From sequence record SRR20825006_681: a stretch of DNA of 39,746 nt. One strand, written 5' to 3'. The notes beneath the pieces were generated by a model. That model had not been told where the DNA came from and searched no databases. It worked only from the letters and a program-made list of their open reading frames with translations. Both the position numbers and the translations under genes were made by a program. Positions within the stretch are counted from its first letter, which is position 1, and every line of letters starts with the position of its first letter. This document shows positions 28,012 through 39,746 of the stretch, piece after piece.

Positions 28012-28053
28012 AAGCGCCGCGCCAATTCAATTATTGGGGCGGCGTTTTATTTT
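28012..28053 (+). terminator. Probable terminator of the trx pair, overlapping the folC stop
   Basis: GCGCCGC-G-CCAAT / ATTGG-G-GCGGCGT imperfect stem followed by TTTATTTT. Confidence 0.5.
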
Positions 28054-29335
28054 GCAACAGCACTTCGCCCGCAAGATAAAGCGAACCACAAATCACAACG
28101 CGCTGGGGTCCATCGCGGCTCACTTCTTTGAGCGCATCTACAATATTTTGAGTTGGCGCGGCGCTGAAGCCCAGTTCACCTGCAGTTTGGGCAAGGCTTT
28201 CCGGCGTGGACCCGGCATTGGTGGCCAAATCATCGCCTGGCACAGGCACGGTGATGATGCGATGCGCCAGCCCGTCAAAGGCGGCGAGATAGCCACGAAT
28301 ATCCTTATTGGCCAGCATGCCCAAAACAAGGGTCAAAGGCCGAGAACTCTTTTCATTGAGATCACCAAGCCCTTGCGCCAAAACTTGCGCACCATCCACA
28401 TTATGCCCACCATCCAACCAGAGTTCGCTATCGGGCGGCAAATATTGATTCAGTTCACCCTTGAGCGGTGAAAAGCGTGCAGGCCATGTGACCGCGCGCA
28501 TGCCCTCTGCCAAGGCCTCAGAGCTAGGGTTCAAGCCAAAATGGCGCAAAGCCGCAATGGCGGTGGCGGCGTTGCTTAATTGATGATGGCCGCGCAAGGC
28601 AGGCAAAGGCAAATCTTCCAGCCCATCTGTGTCTTGATAAACAAAACGTCCATTCTCGCCGTAGCCATCAAAATCTTGTCCACCAATAAACGGGGTGATG
28701 CCCATTTCCATGGCACGTTGTTCCAAAACGCCCAACGCATCATGCATTTGGCGAGAAAACACGGCTCTCGCGCCCTTTTTCATGATGCCCGCTTTTTCAA
28801 ACGCGATCTTTTCAATCGTGTCGCCCAAAAACTGAACATGGTCGATGGAAATGGGGGTAATCACCGTGCCAAATGGCTGTTTGACCACATTGGTGCTGTC
28901 CAGCCGCCCGCCAAGTCCGGTTTCCAACAAAACCACATCGGCTTCAACTTGGGTAAACAGGTCGAAAGCAACAACCGTGGTCAGCTCAAAAAAGGTAATC
29001 TGCTTGCCATCATTGATGCGCTCAAGGCGTTCCATCGTTTCATTAAGGCGCTCATCGCTAACCAGTTCACCGGCTAAGCGAAATCGCTCATTAAAACGAG
29101 AGAGATGAGGGGAGATGTACACATGAACCCGCTTGCCCATCGCTTCCAAAATGGCGCGCATAAAGGCAATGGTTGACCCTTTGCCATTGGTGCCCGCCAC
29201 ATGGATAACCGGCGGCAGCCGATCATGCGGGTTGCCCACCTCGTCCAAAAGGCGCTCAATGCGCCCCAAGGATAGGTCCATCTTTTTGGGATGGAGCGCC
29301 ATCAGGCGCTCGATAATCTTGTCTGTTTCGGTCAC
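28031..29335 (-). CDS. folC: Folylpolyglutamate synthase / dihydrofolate synthase
   Basis: HVAGTNGKGS, ETGLGGRLDSTNV, LDGGHN, ICGSLYLAG. Confidence 0.97.
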   Translation of the reverse strand: MTETDKIIERLMALHPKKMDLSLGRIERLLDEVGNPHDRLPPVIHVAGTNGKGSTIAFMRAILEAMGKRVHVYISPHLSRFNERFRLAGELVSDERLNETMERLERINDGKQITFFELTTVVAFDLFTQVEADVVLLETGLGGRLDSTNVVKQPFGTVITPISIDHVQFLGDTIEKIAFEKAGIMKKGARAVFSRQMHDALGVLEQRAMEMGITPFIGGQDFDGYGENGRFVYQDTDGLEDLPLPALRGHHQLSNAATAIAALRHFGLNPSSEALAEGMRAVTWPARFSPLKGELNQYLPPDSELWLDGGHNVDGAQVLAQGLGDLNEKSSRPLTLVLGMLANKDIRGYLAAFDGLAHRIITVPVPGDDLATNAGSTPESLAQTAGELGFSAAPTQNIVDALKEVSRDGPQRVVICGSLYLAGEVLLQNKTPPQ

Positions 29336-29343
29336 GAAGCCGA

Positions 29344-30339
29344 CTATTCAGCATGCGCCACAGGCGGTTGCTCAATATGCAAATCGCCTTCAGCTGGGCC
29401 TTCATTCTTTTTGGCTTCCTCGCCTTCGCTTTCTGCAACCGCATCGCGAACGCTTTTGCGCTTCGCTGTGCTGGTTTCAATCTCATTAAGCTCAGACTTC
29501 AGGAAAATGCCGATCAAACGGCCAATGGTTGGGCGCAAATCGTGGCGATGCACCACCATATCCACCATGCCGTGATCATAAAGATATTCTGACCGTTGGA
29601 AGCCTTGTGGCAGCTTTTCGCGAATGGTTTGCTCAATCACACGTTGACCAGCAAAACCGATCAAGGCATCAGGTTCAGCGATCTGCACATCGCCCAACAT
29701 GGCGTAAGATGCGGTAACCCCGCCTGTGGTTGGGTTGGTCAACACCACAATATAAGGCAGGCCTGCTTCTTTAAGCCGTTGCAGCGCCACAGTTGTGCGC
29801 GGCATTTGCATCAGCGAGAGCATGCCTTCCTGCATCCGCGCACCGCCTGAGGCGGTGAACAAGATGTATGGCGTTTTATTTTTAACCGCGGTTTCAGCGC
29901 CTTTAACAATGGCAGAACCCGCAGCCATGCCCAAGGAGCCACCCATAAAGTCAAAATCTTGAATGCCCACGGTTACGTCGCGGCCAAGCAATTTACCTGT
30001 CGCCACCACAACCGCATCTTTCATGTCGGTCTTGGCGCGGCTGTCGCGCAAGCGGTCAGTATATTTTTTGCTGTCGCGGAATTTCAGTGGATCAACAGGC
30101 ACATCAGGTGTTTCAATCTCGTTGAACTTGCCATCATCTAAAAAGGATTTCAGCCGATCCCGAGCTTTAATCTTCATGTGGAAGCCAGAATTTGGCACCA
30201 CCCACTGGTTGGCTTCAAGGTCGCGGTAAAAAACCATCTCGCCGCTTTGCGGACATTTTACCCACAAATTATCGGGGGTTTCACGCTTGTTCAAAAATGA
30301 ACGAATTTTCGGACGAACAACGGAATTAATCCAGTTCAT
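29344..30339 (-). CDS. accD: Acetyl-CoA carboxylase carboxyltransferase beta subunit
   Basis: [42 protein letters not shown]. Confidence 0.98.
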   Translation of the reverse strand: MNWINSVVRPKIRSFLNKRETPDNLWVKCPQSGEMVFYRDLEANQWVVPNSGFHMKIKARDRLKSFLDDGKFNEIETPDVPVDPLKFRDSKKYTDRLRDSRAKTDMKDAVVVATGKLLGRDVTVGIQDFDFMGGSLGMAAGSAIVKGAETAVKNKTPYILFTASGGARMQEGMLSLMQMPRTTVALQRLKEAGLPYIVVLTNPTTGGVTASYAMLGDVQIAEPDALIGFAGQRVIEQTIREKLPQGFQRSEYLYDHGMVDMVVHRHDLRPTIGRLIGIFLKSELNEIETSTAKRKSVRDAVAESEGEEAKKNEGPAEGDLHIEQPPVAHAE

Positions 30340-30398
30340 GAGACCTCTTCGCCTTCCTGCATAAAATTTCTGTCGCCTTATAAGCGATCATTTAAAGC

Positions 30399-30426
30399 TT
30401 GGCGAGTCATGGTTTTAACCCGCCAA
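30399..30426 (-). terminator. Hairpin between trpA and accD (possible weak terminator or processing stem)
   Basis: Minus strand TTGGCGGGTTA-AAACCA-TGACTCGCCAA (11 bp with two G-U pairs); weak U-tract. Confidence 0.4.
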
Positions 30427-30473
30427 CTCTATCCTTATTATATCCCGTTTAGGGCAAAAATGCGAGAGCCACG

Positions 30474-31295
30474 TTAGCGCGATGCGCGGCAGCCTGCTGC
30501 CAGATCACGCACGATGGTGTGCACCCGGTCTGCAATTTGGGCACTGCTTTCGTTGGCGGTAACGCCATCTTCCACGGCTTTCACCAAAACAGTGCCCACA
30601 ACAACGCCATCAGCATCTGCGCCAATGCGCTTTGCATCGTCGGCTGTTTTAATGCCAAAGCCCACGCAAATCGGTAAATCTGTGTGCTCGCTCAACCGCT
30701 TTACCGCCGCACCAATATTGACGGGGTTAGACAGGGCAGAACCCGTAATCCCGGTCATGGACACGTAATAAACAAAGCCAGACGTGTTGGCCAAAACCTG
30801 TGGCAAGCGCTTATCATCAGTTGTTGGCGTGGCCAAACGGATAAAGTTGAGGCCCTGCTTCAAGGCCGGAATGCACAGCTCGTCATCTTCTTCCGGTGGC
30901 AAATCCACCACGATCAAACCATCAACGCCTGCCTCTAAAGCGTCGGCCAAGAACTGATCAACACCATAAATATAGATAGGGTTATAATAGCCCATCAAAA
31001 CGATTGGTGTGGTGCTGTTCTTTTCGCGAAACAACCGCACAAGCTCGAGCGTCTTTTTCATGTCCTGGCCGCTTTTAAGCGCCCGCTGCCCCGCCGCCTG
31101 AATGGCCGGGCCATCGGCCATAGGGTCAGAAAAGGGCATGCCCAATTCAATCACATCCGCACCTGCATCGGGCAATCCCAAAACAATCTCTTTTGCGGTG
31201 TCAAAATTTGGGTCGCCGGCCATAACAAAGGTCACGAGAGCAGGGCGATTTTCAGCACGCGTAGCCGCAAAGGCGTCATCCATACGCTGGGTCAT
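30474..31295 (-). CDS. trpA: Tryptophan synthase alpha chain
   Basis: [41 protein letters not shown]. Confidence 0.98.
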   Translation of the reverse strand: MTQRMDDAFAATRAENRPALVTFVMAGDPNFDTAKEIVLGLPDAGADVIELGMPFSDPMADGPAIQAAGQRALKSGQDMKKTLELVRLFREKNSTTPIVLMGYYNPIYIYGVDQFLADALEAGVDGLIVVDLPPEEDDELCIPALKQGLNFIRLATPTTDDKRLPQVLANTSGFVYYVSMTGITGSALSNPVNIGAAVKRLSEHTDLPICVGFGIKTADDAKRIGADADGVVVGTVLVKAVEDGVTANESSAQIADRVHTIVRDLAAGCRASR

Positions 31296-31313
31296 ATCTT
31301 CAATCCTTTGCGA

Positions 31314-32534
31314 TTATTGCTGCAAATCAACGCCAAGATGCTTGGCAGCGGTGAACACATCTTTGTCTCCCCGGCCGCACAAATTCATCACGATGATTTG
31401 GTCTTTATCCATTTTGGGGGCACGCTTCACAACTTCAGCCAAAGCATGGCTTGGCTCAAGCGCTGGAATAATGCCTTCAAGGCGGGTCAAAAGCTGAAAC
31501 GCTTCAAGCGCCTCATCATCCATAATTGGCACATATTCTACCCGGCCAGTGTCACGCAAATAGGCGTGCTCTGGGCCAATACCCGGATAATCAAGGCCTG
31601 CCGAAATGGAGGCCCCTTCGTCAATCTGCCCATCATAATTTTGCAGCAAATAAGTGCGGTTGCCGTGCAATACGCCCGGTTTGCCAGCGGTGAGGGATGC
31701 GCAATGCTCATCGCCATCAAGCCCTTTGCCGCCGGCCTCAACGCCAACAATTTTGACTTCTGGGTCATCGAGGAAGGGGTGGAACAGGCCAATGGCGTTT
31801 GAGCCGCCGCCAACAGCAGCAATCAACATATCCGGCAAGCGGCCTTCCGCTTCCATCATCTGCTCTTTGGTTTCGCGGCCAATCACCGATTGGAAATCGC
31901 GCACCATTTGCGGGAACGGGTGTGGACCAGCAGCAGTGCCGATCAAATAATAAGTGTCATCCACATTGGTCACCCAGTCGCGCAGGGCTTCATTCATGGA
32001 ATCTTTCAAAGTGCCTTGGCCAGCGGTTACCGGAATAATTTCCGCGCCCAACAGCTTCATGCGGAACACGTTTGGCGCTTGCCGCTCCACATCTTTCGCA
32101 CCCATATAAACAACACATGGAAAACCAAATCGCGCACAAACTGTAGCGGTGGCCACACCATGCTGGCCAGCGCCAGTTTCCGCGATAATCCGTGGCTTGC
32201 CCATGCGTTTGGCCAAAAGAATTTGCCCAATGCAGTTGTTGATTTTGTGGGAGCCAGTGTGGTTCAACTCATCGCGCTTGAAATAAATCTTTGCGCCACC
32301 AAGATGCTCCGTCAAACGCTCTGCATAATAAAGCGGCGAAGGACGGCCAACATAATGCTTGTTGAGATAATCCAACTCTTCTTGAAAACTAGGATCTGCC
32401 TTAGCGGCCTTATAGGCTTCGTCCAAATCAAGGATCAGCGGCATCAAAGTTTCTGCAACAAAACGTCCGCCAAACAGGCCAAACCGGCCAGTTTCATCAG
32501 GCCCTTGGCGCAAACTATTTGCGGTAGATGTCAT
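31314..32534 (-). CDS. trpB: Tryptophan synthase beta chain
   Basis: [11 protein letters not shown] (PLP Lys), [25 protein letters not shown]; start set at ATG 32534 after SD GGGAG. Confidence 0.98.
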   Translation of the reverse strand: MTSTANSLRQGPDETGRFGLFGGRFVAETLMPLILDLDEAYKAAKADPSFQEELDYLNKHYVGRPSPLYYAERLTEHLGGAKIYFKRDELNHTGSHKINNCIGQILLAKRMGKPRIIAETGAGQHGVATATVCARFGFPCVVYMGAKDVERQAPNVFRMKLLGAEIIPVTAGQGTLKDSMNEALRDWVTNVDDTYYLIGTAAGPHPFPQMVRDFQSVIGRETKEQMMEAEGRLPDMLIAAVGGGSNAIGLFHPFLDDPEVKIVGVEAGGKGLDGDEHCASLTAGKPGVLHGNRTYLLQNYDGQIDEGASISAGLDYPGIGPEHAYLRDTGRVEYVPIMDDEALEAFQLLTRLEGIIPALEPSHALAEVVKRAPKMDKDQIIVMNLCGRGDKDVFTAAKHLGVDLQQ

Positions 32535-32566
32535 AGGTTTCTTCTCCCTTGCCGTCGTGCGCATCT

Positions 32567-33199
32567 CTAATCGCGTGCACGGCGCATAAATTCTTTGATC
32601 AAGCCTGCATCTTTTTCGCCTTTGCGCACTTCCACCCCAGAGGATAGATCAAGGCCAAAAGGCTGCACATCGCGAATTGCTTGCTCGACATTATCAATTG
32701 TCAGCCCACCGGAAAGCATGAACTTTAGGCTAGGGTCAAGCGCTTTCAAAAGCGTCCAGTCAAATACTTCGCCATTCCCACCAGGATGAGCAGCATCTGC
32801 CGGGGGCTTGGCGTCCAAAATCAGTAAATCTGCATGCGCGGCATAAAGTGGCACGGCATCCAAATCTTCCCTGTCACCAATGGGCAATGCCTTAATCACT
32901 CGTGCACCCATATTTTTGATATGGTCGACGCGCTCAACGGTTTCTTGCCCGTGAAGCTGAATATAATTTGGATCAAGCGCCAGCAAATGCTCCAACAAAT
33001 CTTCGTCCGGATTTACCGTGAGGATCGTTGTTTTGGCGCGGCCATTCACATGCTTGATCAGGCGACCAATATCAGACAAGTCCAAATGGCGCGGGCTTTT
33101 GGCAAAATGCACAAAGCCAATTAAATTGGCACCAGCCTCAATGGCAGTGTCAACCAGCTCAGCCGATTTAAGGCCGCATATCTTGATCAGTAGGGGCAT
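32567..33199 (-). CDS. trpF: Phosphoribosylanthranilate isomerase
   Basis: [35 protein letters not shown]. Confidence 0.97.
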   Translation of the reverse strand: MPLLIKICGLKSAELVDTAIEAGANLIGFVHFAKSPRHLDLSDIGRLIKHVNGRAKTTILTVNPDEDLLEHLLALDPNYIQLHGQETVERVDHIKNMGARVIKALPIGDREDLDAVPLYAAHADLLILDAKPPADAAHPGGNGEVFDWTLLKALDPSLKFMLSGGLTIDNVEQAIRDVQPFGLDLSSGVEVRKGEKDAGLIKEFMRRARD

Positions 33200-33238
33200 G
33201 GTGCTTTGCTCAACTTATTGCAGATTTATCGCTGTAGC

Positions 33239-33583
33239 TTATACCCGATCATCGAGCAGGGCCAAGCCATCATCTTGGCGATGTGCAGGTTCTTGCGCAT
33301 CCATTTGCTGCTTTAGCTTCTGATGCTCTTTGCGCAGCGCACGCAGCTCCGCACGTTTTTTATGTTGCCCGAAATAGGCCCCAACGCCACCCAAAATGAT
33401 GCCAAGCAATAAGGCGCCATAAATCACAATGAAAAGCGGCACCGGAAACGGGCCAATAAAAGGCGAGCCGGGTGAGATGGGGTCTACCCCCAACATGATT
33501 TCTTGCCGATTTGCCAGTGCGAAAAAGGCAAACAGCAAAGCGAGTGGAATGAGAAAAAACCACGTCACAACACGCTTTAGCAT
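33239..33583 (-). CDS. lapA: LapA (DUF1049) family membrane protein
   Basis: Two TMs with FALANRQ and PLFIVIYGALLLGIILGG, coiled-coil tail; downstream of ihfB. Confidence 0.8.
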   Translation of the reverse strand: MLKRVVTWFFLIPLALLFAFFALANRQEIMLGVDPISPGSPFIGPFPVPLFIVIYGALLLGIILGGVGAYFGQHKKRAELRALRKEHQKLKQQMDAQEPAHRQDDGLALLDDRV

Positions 33584-33639
33584 AATGGTGCGATGCCCCT
33601 TATTCAGTTAAACGCACCTTATTTAAGCACGTTCATATA

Positions 33640-33918
33640 TTATTTGTTCAATCGCTCGCGGATCTCTTTACCCGCTTTGAATTGAGGCACATATTTTTCC
33701 TCAACTTCAACCTTTTCCCCTGTGCGTGGGTTGCGACCAACGCGCGCAGGGCGGTTTTTGACTGAAAATGCGCCAAAGCCACGAAGTTCAGCGCGGCCGC
33801 CACTGGCCAATGCGTCGCCGATTTCGTCAATGATTGTATTTACAATATTCTCAATATCTCGCTGAAACAGGTGCGGATTTTCATCTGCAAGTTTCTGAAT
33901 GAGTTCTGATTTAATCAA
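33640..33918 (-). CDS. ihfB: Integration host factor beta subunit
   Basis: [27 protein letters not shown] start with SD GGGAGG; rpsA-sppA-ihfB synteny. Confidence 0.96.
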   Translation of the reverse strand: MIKSELIQKLADENPHLFQRDIENIVNTIIDEIGDALASGGRAELRGFGAFSVKNRPARVGRNPRTGEKVEVEEKYVPQFKAGKEIRERLNK

Positions 33919-33987
33919 TTTGGGCCTCCCCGAGTGCGCTAATGCCCTGAATTAAAATCATATTTTTGGCGATTTCAGGGCCAAAAG

Positions 33988-34941
33988 CTACTCTATAGGT
34001 TGCCAAACCGAAACCAAACCGTCAAGCACTTGCGTGTTATTCAAACGGTTAACAAAAACTGAACCAATCTTTGTACCGATCCAATTTCCGATATTTTGCC
34101 ATGGTTCTTCTGGGAATGGATAATAGGTCAGCACCTTCTGATCTGCGGTTAAGCCTTCGCTTTCCATCCACGCTTGGGCGGTGATTTCATCGCCAATTTC
34201 GTCGATCAGCTGGCTTTCCAGCGCCATGCGGCCCGTCATAATACGACCATCAGAAAGGCGCAAAACTTCTGCGCGATCCAGCCCACGACGTTCCGCAACA
34301 ATGTCGACGAACCATTCAAATGAATCATCCACAAGCTGTTGATAAGATTGCCGGACCAAAGGTGACATTGGCTCATCAATATCAGGTTCGGCCTTCAAGG
34401 GGCCGGTGGCCACCTTGTCATAATCAATGCCGATCGTGTCCAACAGCTTGGAGGCATCCATATGCTGAATCAAAACGCCGATTGAACCGACGATAGAAAG
34501 GCGACGCGCATAAATTTTATCGGTGCCAATTGCGGTCATATAAGCGGCGGATGCGCCAAGCTCGTTAATCACCGCCGCAACAGGCTTGTTCTCCGCGATG
34601 GCGCGCAAGCCGTCATAAAGCTCTTCGCCACCGGCTGTGGTGCCGCCGGGGCTGTTAATCTGGACAATAACACCAGTCACATTCTCATCGGTCGCCAAAT
34701 CATGCAGCACATGCCGTCGTTGCGGATCAGATGTGATGACCCCATCAATCACGATGCGGGCGATGTGCGGCCCATCTGTTGCAGATGGGGTAGAAAATCC
34801 ACCCAAAGAGCGACCCAAAATCGCGATCACAGCAATTGCAATCGCAGCAAAGGCCAAAAACCGCCACAAGCGGCGCGACCGCTTGAGGGCGCGTTTGCTC
34901 ATCATTTGATCGATTTGCTCAAATTCGGAAGGAGTGGTCAC
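33988..34941 (-). CDS. sppA: Signal peptide peptidase SppA (S49, short form)
   Basis: INSPGG, ASAAY, VGSIGV, DGRIMTG and an N-terminal TM. Start moved to GTG 34941 (SD AGGA) because the ORF-track start runs through the rpsA terminator. Confidence 0.92.
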   Translation of the reverse strand: MTTPSEFEQIDQMMSKRALKRSRRLWRFLAFAAIAIAVIAILGRSLGGFSTPSATDGPHIARIVIDGVITSDPQRRHVLHDLATDENVTGVIVQINSPGGTTAGGEELYDGLRAIAENKPVAAVINELGASAAYMTAIGTDKIYARRLSIVGSIGVLIQHMDASKLLDTIGIDYDKVATGPLKAEPDIDEPMSPLVRQSYQQLVDDSFEWFVDIVAERRGLDRAEVLRLSDGRIMTGRMALESQLIDEIGDEITAQAWMESEGLTADQKVLTYYPFPEEPWQNIGNWIGTKIGSVFVNRLNNTQVLDGLVSVWQPIE

Positions 34942-35038
34942 TGGCAACATCCTGAAAAAATTTGTTTCTTCTGTCCTAAGGCAAGTGGGGGCTGCAATGC
35001 AAGGTGCAATCCGAGCATGGGCTGCTGCAAAAGGGCAC

Positions 35039-35068
35039 AAAAAACCCGCCCAGCAGGTGCCGGGCGGG
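35039..35068 (-). terminator. Intrinsic terminator of rpsA
   Basis: Minus strand CCCGCCCGGCA-CC-TGCTGGGCGGG followed by TTTTTT. Confidence 0.85.
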
Positions 35069-35096
35069 CAATTCAAAGTCAACTTAGCGAAATCGC

Positions 35097-36794
35097 TTAG
35101 TCGTCTGAATTGTTCTGCTTCAAGGCTGCACCAAGAATGTCGCCCAAAGAGGCGCCAGAATCTGTTGAACCATACTGTGCAACAGCTTCTTTTTCTTCGG
35201 CAATTTCCAAAGCCTTGATTGAAAGTGTCAAGCGACGTGTCTTCTTGTCGAACTGAACGATACGTGCATCCACTTTGTCGCCAACAGCAAAACGCTCTGG
35301 GCGCTGCTCTGAACGATCGCGGCTCAAGTCAGAACGCTTGATGAACGCAGTCATGTCGCCATCAGCAAGCTGAACTTCAATGCCACCATCGTTAACTTGG
35401 GTCACGGTGCAGGTTACGATTGAACCTTTACGCATGCCGTCTGTTGCTTCAGCAAATGGGTCGCCTGAAAGTTGCTTAATGCCCAAAGAAACGCGCTCTT
35501 TGTCCACGTCAACATCCAGAACAACTGCTTTAACCATGTCACCACGGTTATAGTCTTCCAAAGCTTCTTCGCCCTGACGGTTCCAGTCGAGGTCTGACAA
35601 GTGAACCATGCCGTCCACATCGTCTTCCAAGCCAATGAACAAACCAAATTCAGTTTTGTTCTTAACTTCGCCTTCAACTTCTGTGCCCTGTGGGAATTTA
35701 GCTGCAAAAGCTTCCCAAGGATTGTCGAGGCACTGCTTGAGGCCAAGAGAAATACGACGCTTTTCTGGATCCACTTCCAAGATTTTCACTTCTACTTCCT
35801 GAGAGGTAGAAACGATCTTGCCTGGGTGTACATTTTTCTTGGTCCAGCTCATTTCTGAAACGTGGATCAAGCCTTCAATGCCTGGCTCCAACTCAACAAA
35901 TGCACCGTAATCGGTGATGTTGGTGATGCGGCCAGTGAAGCGGCTGTTCAATGGGTATTTCTGATCGATTGTTTCCCATGGATCAGCTTCAAGCTGCTTC
36001 ATGCCCAATGAAATGCGGTGTGAATCCATGTTCACGCGAATGATTTGAACCTTAATGGTCTCACCAATCGAAAGCACTTCTGATGGGTGGTTCACACGAC
36101 GCCATGCAATGTCTGTCACGTGCAACAAGCCATCAATGCCGCCCAAGTCAACGAATGCACCATAGTCAGTGATGTTTTTAACAACACCCTCAACCACTTG
36201 GCCTTCTTCCAACTTGCCAACAATTTCAGAGCGCTGCTCTGCACGGCTCTCTTCAAGAACCGCACGACGAGACACAACGATGTTGCCGCGGCGCTTATCC
36301 ATCTTCAAGATTTGGAAAGGCTGCGCCACATTCATCAATGGAGCAATGTCACGGATTGGGCGGATATCAACTTGGCTGCGTGGCAAAAATGCGGTCGCGC
36401 CATCCAGATCAACGGTGAAACCACCTTTAACCTGATTAAAGATGATGCCTTCAACACGTTCATTTTTGTTGAAGAGCCCTTCAAGGCGAACCCAGCTTTC
36501 TTCGCGACGTGCTTTTTCACGGCTCAGAACAGCTTCGCCCATCGCGTTTTCAACGCGATCAACATAAACTTCAACTTCAGAACCAACCTGCAAAGTGCCG
36601 TCGCGGCCTGCAGCGCCGAATTCTTTCAAAGGCACGCGGCCTTCAGTTTTCAGACCTACGTCAATAACAGCAAGGTCTTTTTCGATGGCAACAATTTTGC
36701 CTTTTACAACGTGACCTTCAGAAGGTTCGTTGACTTCAAAGCTTTCAAACAAAAGCTTTTCAAAATCTTCATGAGCGACAGCAGTTTCTGTCAT
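35097..36794 (-). CDS. rpsA: 30S ribosomal protein S1
   Basis: Six S1 repeats (DVGLKTEG, YGAFVDLGGIDGLLH, EGLIHVSEMSW); start ATG 36794 after SD GGAG. Confidence 0.99.
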   Translation of the reverse strand: MTETAVAHEDFEKLLFESFEVNEPSEGHVVKGKIVAIEKDLAVIDVGLKTEGRVPLKEFGAAGRDGTLQVGSEVEVYVDRVENAMGEAVLSREKARREESWVRLEGLFNKNERVEGIIFNQVKGGFTVDLDGATAFLPRSQVDIRPIRDIAPLMNVAQPFQILKMDKRRGNIVVSRRAVLEESRAEQRSEIVGKLEEGQVVEGVVKNITDYGAFVDLGGIDGLLHVTDIAWRRVNHPSEVLSIGETIKVQIIRVNMDSHRISLGMKQLEADPWETIDQKYPLNSRFTGRITNITDYGAFVELEPGIEGLIHVSEMSWTKKNVHPGKIVSTSQEVEVKILEVDPEKRRISLGLKQCLDNPWEAFAAKFPQGTEVEGEVKNKTEFGLFIGLEDDVDGMVHLSDLDWNRQGEEALEDYNRGDMVKAVVLDVDVDKERVSLGIKQLSGDPFAEATDGMRKGSIVTCTVTQVNDGGIEVQLADGDMTAFIKRSDLSRDRSEQRPERFAVGDKVDARIVQFDKKTRRLTLSIKALEIAEEKEAVAQYGSTDSGASLGDILGAALKQNNSDD

Positions 36795-36992
36795 GGATAC
36801 TCCGATCAATGTGCCGTTTTGTTGTTGAAACGCGCATAAAAATCAAAAACAAAACCCGGAGCTTTCGATCCCGGCACAAGGGTTTCACCTTTGTTTTTCA
36901 TGCGATTATTCTAAGCGATGTTTATTGGCCAATGTCCAAAAGCAAGCTGTGCAAAAAATGCCCGGATCAAAAGTTGGATTTAAAGCCCCTGA

Positions 36993-37634
36993 TTATGAGG
37001 TGCTTTTCTCTTGCGCCAAAACATCATTCACAAGCTCTAAAGCCGCTTGGAATGCGGCTTCTATAGACAATTTTGTCGTATCTAGCAAGTGGGCATCGGG
37101 CGCAACATAAAAGGCGCCTGCCGGATTATCTTTGTCATCCGCATCGCGTTTTTCAATTTGCGCCAAAATTTCATCAAAAGTTACATCAACGCCGCGAGCA
37201 TTCAGCTGTTTGGTGCGGCGCTCCGCGCGCGTCTCCGCGTCTGCCGTGATGTAGAGTTTCACATCTGCATCCGGGCAAATGCGGGTGCCAATATCGCGCC
37301 CGTCCAAAATCGCCCCGCCTTCTTGTTGCGCAAAGGCAATTTGCACCTCTTTTAGAGCTGTGCGTACTTCCGGCACGCGCGCCACCTTGGATGCAGCCAC
37401 CCCGGCTTCCGCCGTGGTCAGGTCGTCCTCATGATAATGGCTCAACTCTAAGGATTGTGCCTTTTCAAGAGCCAGCCTTTCCCAATCAGGCTGGTCAAGA
37501 TCATCGCGCATGGCGTAGCCCACAGCTCGATATAAAAGCCCCGTATCCATATGCGGCAGGGCAAAATGCTGTGCCAGCTTTTTAGATATGGTGCCTTTGC
37601 CTGAAGCTGCGGGGCCGTCAATCGCGATGATCAT
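36993..37634 (-). CDS. cmk: Cytidylate kinase
   Basis: IAIDGPAASGKGT, DTGLLYRA, LDGRDIGT. Confidence 0.97.
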   Translation of the reverse strand: MIIAIDGPAASGKGTISKKLAQHFALPHMDTGLLYRAVGYAMRDDLDQPDWERLALEKAQSLELSHYHEDDLTTAEAGVAASKVARVPEVRTALKEVQIAFAQQEGGAILDGRDIGTRICPDADVKLYITADAETRAERRTKQLNARGVDVTFDEILAQIEKRDADDKDNPAGAFYVAPDAHLLDTTKLSIEAAFQAALELVNDVLAQEKSTS

Positions 37635-37642
37635 CTTCGTTC

Positions 37643-39004
<1,362 letters not shown>

Positions 39005-39173
39005 CTATCTGGAGTTAACGGTACGCAAGGCCACACCTAGCACGGCTTTTATGAATTTGACAATGTGATCACAGCAAATGACGCAAAAAAGTGCCATTTT
39101 CATTTGACAGATTGTGTTCTAGCTTCTAACCCAACCAGCCAATATTGTATTAAACTTAAAAGAGGTGATTGAA

Positions 39174-39572
39174 GTGGCCAAGACCGACCGCGGAACCAAG
39201 CGCCAGTGCCTAAGCTGCGCCACCAAATTTTACGATCTTAATCGCGATCCTATTTTGTGCCCTAAATGTGGTGCGCAATTTGTAACTGAAATGGCCCGTG
39301 CCAAAGCGGCTGAGGCTGAAGTTGAAGAAGATTTCGATAGCGTAGAAGAAGTTGAAACAGATAGCGCCGCTGCAGCAGCAGGTGCTGAAATTGTTTCGCT
39401 TGAAGATGCTGACGATGATGGTGATGATGAGGACATCAAAAATCTCCCAGACGTAGATTTGGAAGATGATGATGACGACATCAACAATGACGACAACGAC
39501 GTTTTCTTGGAAGACGACGATGATGACGACAATATCGGCATCGACGTTCCAATCGAAAAAGACGACGATTAA
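39174..39572 (+). CDS. TIGR02300 / FYDLN_acid family protein
   Basis: GTKRQCLSCATKFYDLNRDPILCPKCG zinc ribbon plus a long acidic tail; start set at GTG 39174 after SD GAGGTG. Confidence 0.93.
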   Translation: MAKTDRGTKRQCLSCATKFYDLNRDPILCPKCGAQFVTEMARAKAAEAEVEEDFDSVEEVETDSAAAAAGAEIVSLEDADDDGDDEDIKNLPDVDLEDDDDDINNDDNDVFLEDDDDDDNIGIDVPIEKDDD

Positions 39573-39602
39573 AATTTTTTTGTGTTGGCGCAATTTTCGG
39601 TC

Positions 39603-39631
39603 TTGCAACTCGCGCACGAGTTGACTAATTT
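39603..39631 (+). promoter_or_regulatory. Candidate sigma70 promoter of tRNA-Ala
   Basis: TTGCAA, 17 bp, TAATTT followed by GC-rich GCGCCG. Confidence 0.5.
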
Positions 39632-39674
39632 GCGCCGACAAATCGAGCCGCAAATCATGTTGCGGCTCTGGATT

Positions 39675-39746
39675 GGGGCCTTAGCTCAGCTGGGAGAGCG
39701 CTTCGCTGGCAGCGAAGAGGTCAGCGGTTCGATCCCGCTAGGCTCC
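39675..39746 (+). tRNA. tRNA-Ala(GGC); discriminator/CCA end beyond the window
   Basis: GGGGCCT acceptor strand, D-arm TAGCTCAGCTGGGAGAGC, anticodon arm CTTCG-CTGGCAG-CGAAG, T-arm GGTTCGATCC. Confidence 0.97.

Noticed and set aside
33608..33622. CtrA-like TTAA-N7-TTAT between ihfB and lapA
   Set aside because: One mismatch in an AT-rich gap and no supporting promoter geometry; plausible by chance.
36087..36839. 250-aa ORF antisense to rpsA; similar long antisense ORFs at 31890-32570, 22863-23624 and 25778-26575
   Set aside because: They lie almost wholly opposite well-conserved genes and show no protein-family features.
39064..39073. TGTGATCACA as a CRP/FNR-family site
   Set aside because: The half-sites have no spacer, whereas CRP needs TGTGA-N6-TCACA.
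39400..39570. GAT/GAC-rich quasi-repeats
   Set aside because: These are simply the codons of the poly-Asp tail of the FYDLN protein, not a repeat array or CRISPR.

Overview
A mostly conserved alphaproteobacterial (Hyphomicrobiales-type; Devosiaceae/Maritalea-like by inference only) core-genome segment, bounded by a partial tRNA (probably Arg) and tRNA-Ala(GGC). Order: polA; a ~6.6 kb accessory block (DUF3955-like protein, exported serine hydrolase, GNAT, exported hypothetical protein, MFS, SleB-type cell wall hydrolase, GNAT, TipA-like MerR regulator); pckA divergent from chvI-chvG-hprK-manX-hpr; DUF2937-like protein; ahcY; divL-tsaE-addB-addA; two tandem thioredoxins; a minus-strand run aroA-cmk-rpsA-sppA-ihfB-lapA-trpF-trpB-trpA-accD-folC; and a TIGR02300 FYDLN protein. 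I found no mobile element, CRISPR array or defence system, and I cannot support a wholly new biological system. The best leads are regulatory. (1) The MerR gene has a 19-bp-spacer promoter and an internal SD+ATG that would give a TipAS-like short product lacking cysteine. (2) An uncharacterised exported protein lies behind a consensus RpoH promoter. (3) A perfect CtrA box overlaps the -35 of the cell wall hydrolase. (4) GANTC/GcrA-type motifs cluster ahead of divL. (5) A SahR-like operator precedes ahcY. Also notable are a tandem thioredoxin duplication and the absence of amgK/murU between tsaE and addB. All calls come from reading the sequence by eye; no searches were run.
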